A stretch of DNA of 64,000 nucleotides from Candidatus Heimdallarchaeota archaeon (lineage in GTDB: Archaea; Asgardarchaeota; Heimdallarchaeia; Heimdallarchaeales; Heimdallarchaeaceae): positions 10,950 to 74,949 of the forward strand of contig JABCTC010000016.1 in NCBI GenBank assembly GCA_018238545.1, written 5' to 3'. The translations under genes and the position numbers were made by a program. The notes under the pieces were generated by a model. The model had not been told where the DNA came from. It ran no database searches and saw only the letters and a program-made list of their open reading frames with translations. The first letter of the stretch is position 1; the number at the start of each line of letters is the position of its first letter. Of this stretch, positions 58,963-64,000 are shown one piece after another.

Positions 58963-60882
58963 CTATTCATAATTTTTTATTTGATTTAACACTTGCTGTA
59001 CAAAGTCTTCGGGATTTACTCCAAATTCTACTTTGTTACCTCTTGATCTTACAGCTATTGTCTGAGATTTTATTTCTTTATCTCCAACATTGAGTATATA
59101 TGGTATCTTTTGCATAGTCGCTTGTCTTATCTTGTATTCCATTCTATCACCACTGAGATCAGTTTCAGCTCTTATTCCAACCTTTTTTAGATTAGCAGTT
59201 ATTTCCTTTGCATATTCAATATGATTGTCAGTGATTGGGATAACAACTGCTTGAATTGGGCTCAACCAAACTGGTAATTTCCCTGCATAATGCTCAATTA
59301 ATATTGCAAGAAATCTTTCAGTTGCACCATATATTACTCTATGAATAACGAAGGGTCTATGCTTTTGTCCATCTTCACCTATATAGTTTATATCAAATCT
59401 GTCTGGTAAATTGAAATCTACTTGAATAGTAGAAAGTTGCCATTTTCTACCAATTGCATCTTGAATATAGATATCTATCTTAGGACCATAAAAAGCTCCA
59501 TCTTTTTCTTTAATTTTGTAATCAATATTGACACGTTCCATAGCTTTCATCAGAGATTTTGTAGCATGATCCCACCCTTCATCAGTTCCAATAGCGCAGT
59601 CAGGCTTAGTACTGATGAAAAATTCCCACTTTTCAAAACCGAAAGTTTTGTAGAAATGATTCACCATCTCTATTACGCCAACGATTTCATCTTCGAGTTG
59701 ATCTGGAAGCATGAATAAATGTGCATCATCTTGTGTAAAACTCCTTATTCTAAATAATCCGTGTAAAACACCAGATAATTCATACCGATAGACAGTTCCC
59801 ATTTCAGAAAGTCTAACAGGTAATTCACGATAAGAGTAGGTTCGACGGTTATAAATCATCATATGTGCTGGACAATTCATTGGTTTCACATACCATTTTT
59901 CCCCTCGTAAATCTACAGGAAACATATGTTCTAAGAAATATTCAGTATGACCACTAGTTTTCCAAACCAATTCTTTGAAGATATGAGGGGTTTGAACAAT
60001 TTCATAACCAGCTTTCTTATGTTCCTCTTCCCAGAAATTTCTCATAACTTCAAGAATGGTTCTCCCTTTTGGGAATATTAAAGGCATTCCGGGACCCCAT
60101 TCATCAGCAGTGTCAAAAAGATCAAGTTGTTTTCCTAACACTCTATGATCTCGTTTCTTTGCTTCTTCTAGCATTTTCAAGTGCTTCTTGAGTTTTTTCT
60201 CGGAAGTGAAAGCTACACCATATATCCTTTGCAATGATTCACGCTCTGAATCTCCTCTCCAAAATGCTGAAGAAACATGCAGTATTTTGATTGCTTTTAC
60301 TTTGCTGGAACTGGGTATATGAGGACCTCTACATAAGTCTTTGAAATGTCCTTGATCATGAGAATAAAATGAAATGATCGCATCTTCAGATTCTTTGAGA
60401 ATTTCAACTTTGAACTTGTTCTTCTCTACAGTCTTATAATACTGAATAGCTTCTTCTTTTGTAACTTCTTCTCGCATAAATGGAGTATCTGCAGCAATAA
60501 CTTCTTCGACCTTTTGCTGTATTTTTTCTAGATCCTCTTGAGTAAATGGTTTTTCGATATAGAAATCATAGTAAAAACCAACTGGTTCAATACTTGGTCC
60601 TATAGTGGGTCGGGCTTCTGGAAACAAATCTACTACTGCTCCGGCCATGATATGTGCAGCGCTGTGATTTAGAACATGAAGGGAATCCTCTGACTTGTCT
60701 GTTAATATCTCAAGTTTGTCATCTTCATTGATTTTCTTATTTAAATCAACAAGTTGTCCATTCATCTTTGCTACAATCGCAGCTTCTGCTAATCGCGGAC
60801 TAATTTGTTGTGCCACATCATATACGGTTGCACCCTTTGGTACGTCAATTTTGCTACCATCTGGTAGTTCTACTTTAACCAT
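58963..60882 (-). CDS. thrS: Threonine--tRNA ligase, bacterial/eukaryotic type (TGS + editing domain)
   Basis: LPDGS TGS domain, HSAAH, DLCRGPH, KPMNCP, FTQDDAH and GAFYGPKID motifs. Confidence 0.97.
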   Translation of the reverse strand: MVKVELPDGSKIDVPKGATVYDVAQQISPRLAEAAIVAKMNGQLVDLNKKINEDDKLEILTDKSEDSLHVLNHSAAHIMAGAVVDLFPEARPTIGPSIEPVGFYYDFYIEKPFTQEDLEKIQQKVEEVIAADTPFMREEVTKEEAIQYYKTVEKNKFKVEILKESEDAIISFYSHDQGHFKDLCRGPHIPSSSKVKAIKILHVSSAFWRGDSERESLQRIYGVAFTSEKKLKKHLKMLEEAKKRDHRVLGKQLDLFDTADEWGPGMPLIFPKGRTILEVMRNFWEEEHKKAGYEIVQTPHIFKELVWKTSGHTEYFLEHMFPVDLRGEKWYVKPMNCPAHMMIYNRRTYSYRELPVRLSEMGTVYRYELSGVLHGLFRIRSFTQDDAHLFMLPDQLEDEIVGVIEMVNHFYKTFGFEKWEFFISTKPDCAIGTDEGWDHATKSLMKAMERVNIDYKIKEKDGAFYGPKIDIYIQDAIGRKWQLSTIQVDFNLPDRFDINYIGEDGQKHRPFVIHRVIYGATERFLAILIEHYAGKLPVWLSPIQAVVIPITDNHIEYAKEITANLKKVGIRAETDLSGDRMEYKIRQATMQKIPYILNVGDKEIKSQTIAVRSRGNKVEFGVNPEDFVQQVLNQIKNYE

Positions 60883-60908
60883 TTTATCACCAAAAAATTA
60901 TTGTTCAA

Positions 60909-60988
60909 GAGGACAGCGATCCTACTTAACTGTAGGTCATTAAAAAAACCATCAGGAAAGTGTTTCACATTCACCTAACATTATCCTC
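60909..60988 (-). promoter_or_regulatory. Candidate structured 5' leader of thrS (three-way junction)
   Basis: GAGGAUA/UGUCCUC closing stem enclosing two hairpins. Begins about 25 nt after TTTAAATA (61015-61008). Confidence 0.55.
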
Positions 60989-61133
60989 AAAATTTTTATC
61001 AATAATATATTTAAAAAAGTTATTACTTATTCATTTCCTAATCACAATCTTTAATACTCGTTTAGATTTTTCTTGAAACAGAAAAACCTAGAATGCTTTT
61101 AAAGTTGGTTTTGGATAAGAGGTAACAGATAGA

Positions 61134-62543
61134 ATGCAAAGAAAACACTTCGCAGGGCTCTCAGTTTTTCAAATGATGGCTATGTTTAGAAGAGGAATTT
61201 TCTACTTTTTCTTGAGCATTTATCTATATGAGTTTCTAGGAGTCTCAACTACAGAGATGACGCTCTTTGCAACTCTACCAATGATTGCTAATATTGTTGC
61301 ACAATCAGCTCTATGGGGGAGAATATCTGATAAATTTAAAAAACGTAGAATGTTAATCTTTTTTGGTGAAATTTTTGCTGCAGTAGGTTATTTAATTGTG
61401 TTCTGGATACACAATTCGGTTAATAAGGAGAAGGTAGGAGTTGGCCATATTGGAGATGTGATTTTCTCCCAATCTGAGATACTACTACATTACTCTGATC
61501 TAGCATCATCAGAAATCCAGAGTATGCTTCGAATGTCTGCTTATACTATCATAATTGGTTTTACCATTATTGAAGCAGGTTGGAGTAGCAGCAACCTTGG
61601 ATGGTCAACACTAATAGCTGATTTAACAAAGGAATCTGAAAGAAGCAAAGTAATGGGATTATTGCAGTTTATCGGAGGAATAGGGAATGTTTTGGGAGTA
61701 ACAGCGTGTGGGTTTCTTTATCAGAATGGATTAGGATTTTGGAAAGGGGATCTATTCTATATTTCTTCTGGCATAATGATCTTCAGCTTACTTGCCCTTT
61801 TCATAATCCCAGAGTCGTATGCTGATTTAGAGAATGAAACGAAGGCAGATAAAAAGAGCGTGAAAAATAATGATAACAGTGATGCTAAGATAAGAGTTCA
61901 AGATATCATCAATCAGAATTGGGCACGGAAATTATTTATTTGGCTAATAATAGTTTTAGCAATTGTGAATATAGGTGGAAATAGTATCGGACAACTAATT
62001 CAGATATATGTAAGATTACCAGATACGTTTAATTCCACGGACGTTATAGTAGCACAATTACGAAATATAAGTAGTATAGCAATGATAATTGGTGGGTTGG
62101 CTATCGGTTGGCTATCCACACGTTTTGGAGAAGTAAAGATGCTTTTAGTAGGATTTCTGATACTGTTCATTGGAACAATATCCTTGCCTTTTGCACCCCA
62201 TATCACCATATTTTTTATTTACATGGCTTTAAAAGGAGTTTCAAGAGTCTGGATACAAACAACTTCATACTCAATGGTTAATAGAATTGTACCTCTCGAG
62301 AAAAGAGGGAAGATGATGGGATACTATAATTCAGCATTTTATTTATCTTGGGGACTAGGAGGAACAATGATAACAGGTCCAATCGCAGATGCTCTAATAA
62401 ATCAAAACTATGGTGTGTCATTTTCATATGAGATTGCTTTTTACGTTGCTGCATTTTTAGTGTTGGTGGGTTTACTAATTTATTTGTTCAAGCGACCAAA
62501 CGATTTCAAGCTGCTATCTGAAGTGACCAGTGCAGATAAATAG
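61134..62543 (+). CDS. MFS transporter
   Basis: WGRISDKFKKRR, ERSKVMG and KRGKMMG motifs; about 12 TM helices. Confidence 0.9.
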   Translation: MQRKHFAGLSVFQMMAMFRRGIFYFFLSIYLYEFLGVSTTEMTLFATLPMIANIVAQSALWGRISDKFKKRRMLIFFGEIFAAVGYLIVFWIHNSVNKEKVGVGHIGDVIFSQSEILLHYSDLASSEIQSMLRMSAYTIIIGFTIIEAGWSSSNLGWSTLIADLTKESERSKVMGLLQFIGGIGNVLGVTACGFLYQNGLGFWKGDLFYISSGIMIFSLLALFIIPESYADLENETKADKKSVKNNDNSDAKIRVQDIINQNWARKLFIWLIIVLAIVNIGGNSIGQLIQIYVRLPDTFNSTDVIVAQLRNISSIAMIIGGLAIGWLSTRFGEVKMLLVGFLILFIGTISLPFAPHITIFFIYMALKGVSRVWIQTTSYSMVNRIVPLEKRGKMMGYYNSAFYLSWGLGGTMITGPIADALINQNYGVSFSYEIAFYVAAFLVLVGLLIYLFKRPNDFKLLSEVTSADK

Positions 62544-62551
62544 ATTGTTTC

Positions 62552-63541
62552 TTATTCGATGAAACTATAATTCTCAATTTTTATTCCTTTTTGGCGAACC
62601 ATACTTTGCATCAGTTCGGTTCCTTCAGCTTTTAGAATTCTAACTGGTATATCTGGAAAACGAGGGTGATTTGTTAATACTCTTGGTTTGAAGTTAACGA
62701 TTGCTTTTATATCGTCAAGTAGAGATTTAAGTGAAGCTTGTGTTCCAGCATATTTAGATCCTGCACACAAAATGATCACCTTAGTACTATTCCAAGGATT
62801 CGGCAGTAGTCCAATAATACCTGTCAACAAACCCAAATCTGAATGCTCACTATAGGTCTCATTTGTGAAAGAACTGTGAATGTTTTTGCTTAGAGGTGAG
62901 AGAAAACGTATTGGAAGACTGTCACCATATAAATCCATAATCTCTGAAGTTATTTTGTTAACTGCGCCTGAACCTATTACCAGCATATTTTCAGTTTTTA
63001 CTTGGGTTGTCTGATAATCCAATAAAGATTCAATTAGTATCTTATCAATTGGAATTTTCTTAATTTTTTGAGCCCAATAAGTAAGCATTTGTACTATTTC
63101 AGGAGTATAAAGAGCATCTATTGTACTTGCAGCATCTGTCATCCATGAACCATAAACCACCTTCAATTTGAAACTATCACCAAGAATTAGACAATCTGGA
63201 AAATCATCCCATGTATATTGAAAATCAAAACTAAGTTTAGCAGGCCACTCAATATCTTCGTGTTCAAGAAGCAAGTTTCTGAAGAATTCACTGGAAAGAA
63301 GTTCATGATTTGGCGAGTAAAAGACTCTATTTGAACTCCCTAGTTTAATTTCTTGTCTTCTAATTAGGTTTAGTTCAGTAAGCCTATCAAGTATATTATA
63401 TATGGTGCTTCTGTTCGTTATTGGTAAACGATTCAACAATTCAGTTGCCGATACAGAACGGGAAAATGAGATAATTTGTGAAAGAACCATTCTTCTCGAT
63501 GAGTCTGAAAGATACGAAGAAATCTCTTTATGTTCTGACAT
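62552..63541 (-). CDS. Winged-helix regulator fused to an S-layer-C-terminal-like alpha/beta domain; start moved to ATG 63541
   Basis: LSDSSRRMVL...SATEL...RSTIYNILDRLTELNLI winged helix; AGGAG upstream of MSEHK. Confidence 0.75.
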   Translation of the reverse strand: MSEHKEISSYLSDSSRRMVLSQIISFSRSVSATELLNRLPITNRSTIYNILDRLTELNLIRRQEIKLGSSNRVFYSPNHELLSSEFFRNLLLEHEDIEWPAKLSFDFQYTWDDFPDCLILGDSFKLKVVYGSWMTDAASTIDALYTPEIVQMLTYWAQKIKKIPIDKILIESLLDYQTTQVKTENMLVIGSGAVNKITSEIMDLYGDSLPIRFLSPLSKNIHSSFTNETYSEHSDLGLLTGIIGLLPNPWNSTKVIILCAGSKYAGTQASLKSLLDDIKAIVNFKPRVLTNHPRFPDIPVRILKAEGTELMQSMVRQKGIKIENYSFIE

Positions 63542-63589
63542 TGAATAAATTCTCCTTACATCTATAAAATGACTCATGATGCTTATTTG

Positions 63590-64000
63590 TTTTCTTGTCT
63601 TATTAGACAAAGCTAGGTACATGTCGTGCTTAGAGCTCATAATATAGGGCGAAGAGACTCTATACTCACTCTGAGTGGATACATCACGTATCCTCCTACC
63701 CCGTTCACCCTGCGTTTAGGTAGAGCTTTCGGATCGCTTTTTATCAGAATATTATATGCTGCATTAACGTCAGCATTTATCAAGTGACCAGCAGCAGAAC
63801 GGAACAGCCCTCGGTGGATTCTTTTTCCCTTGTACTTCTTACGATAACGTGGAAACTCATTATCCAGGAAACTGCTCTTAGAGGTGTATTGTTCAGGGAT
63901 GGTCTCAACTTTTATCCCTCGTTCTGTTCCTTTATATTTCAGGATCTCAATGATTTTCAAGTAAGGGATGGTGACGAACATCTGGGTGGTTTTCTTCCAG
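63590..64000 (-). mobile_element. Right part of an IS200/IS605-superfamily (TnpB) element; boundary approximate
   Basis: tnpB, higher GC than the flanks, and hairpins at the tnpB 3' end (GGATAC-N5-GTATCC, TTGTCT-N4-AGACAA). Confidence 0.65.
63637..63999 (-). CDS. tnpB: TnpB RNA-guided nuclease, C-terminal part (5' part lies outside the window)
   Basis: LKYKG..GIKV...EQYTSK, RGLF and INADVNAAYNI (RuvC-III). Frame is open to the window edge. Confidence 0.92.
   Translation of the reverse strand, partial: WKKTTQMFVTIPYLKIIEILKYKGTERGIKVETIPEQYTSKSSFLDNEFPRYRKKYKGKRIHRGLFRSAAGHLINADVNAAYNILIKSDPKALPKRRVNGVGGYVMYPLRVSIESLRPIL

Noticed and set aside
1-64000. CRISPR arrays, rRNA and tRNA genes
   Set aside because: No regularly spaced repeats or recognisable rRNA/tRNA sequence seen by eye. 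A tRNAscan-SE/Infernal run would be needed to exclude them fully.

Overview
AT-rich, gene-dense window of an Asgard archaeal chromosome, most like Heimdallarchaeia. It encodes many eukaryotic signature proteins: a ubiquitin/ESCRT locus (Ub, E1, UEV-Vps23/Vps28 fusion, Vps22/36, Vps25, Vps4, two ESCRT-III), a Rab-like GTPase, a roadblock/LC7 protein, actin and an LRR protein. It also holds histidine-utilisation genes, scattered A/V-ATPase membrane-sector genes, transporters, leuS, thrS and the 3' end of a TnpB element at the right edge. Best leads: (1) an A/V-ATPase subunit a/I whose whole soluble N-terminal domain is tandemly duplicated, a possible precursor of eukaryotic V-ATPase subunit C and the third stator; (2) an unannotated ~200-240 nt multi-stem RNA with its own TATA box at ~495-730 (-); (3) a 101-codon CTG-initiated ORF inside the ESCRT cluster that the ORF track missed, plus other signs of CUG/AUA initiation; (4) structured leaders upstream of both thrS and leuS; (5) a divergent heme-copper-oxidase-like membrane protein next to heme O synthase. 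All calls come from manual motif reading and hand base-pairing; no database searches or folding programs were run.
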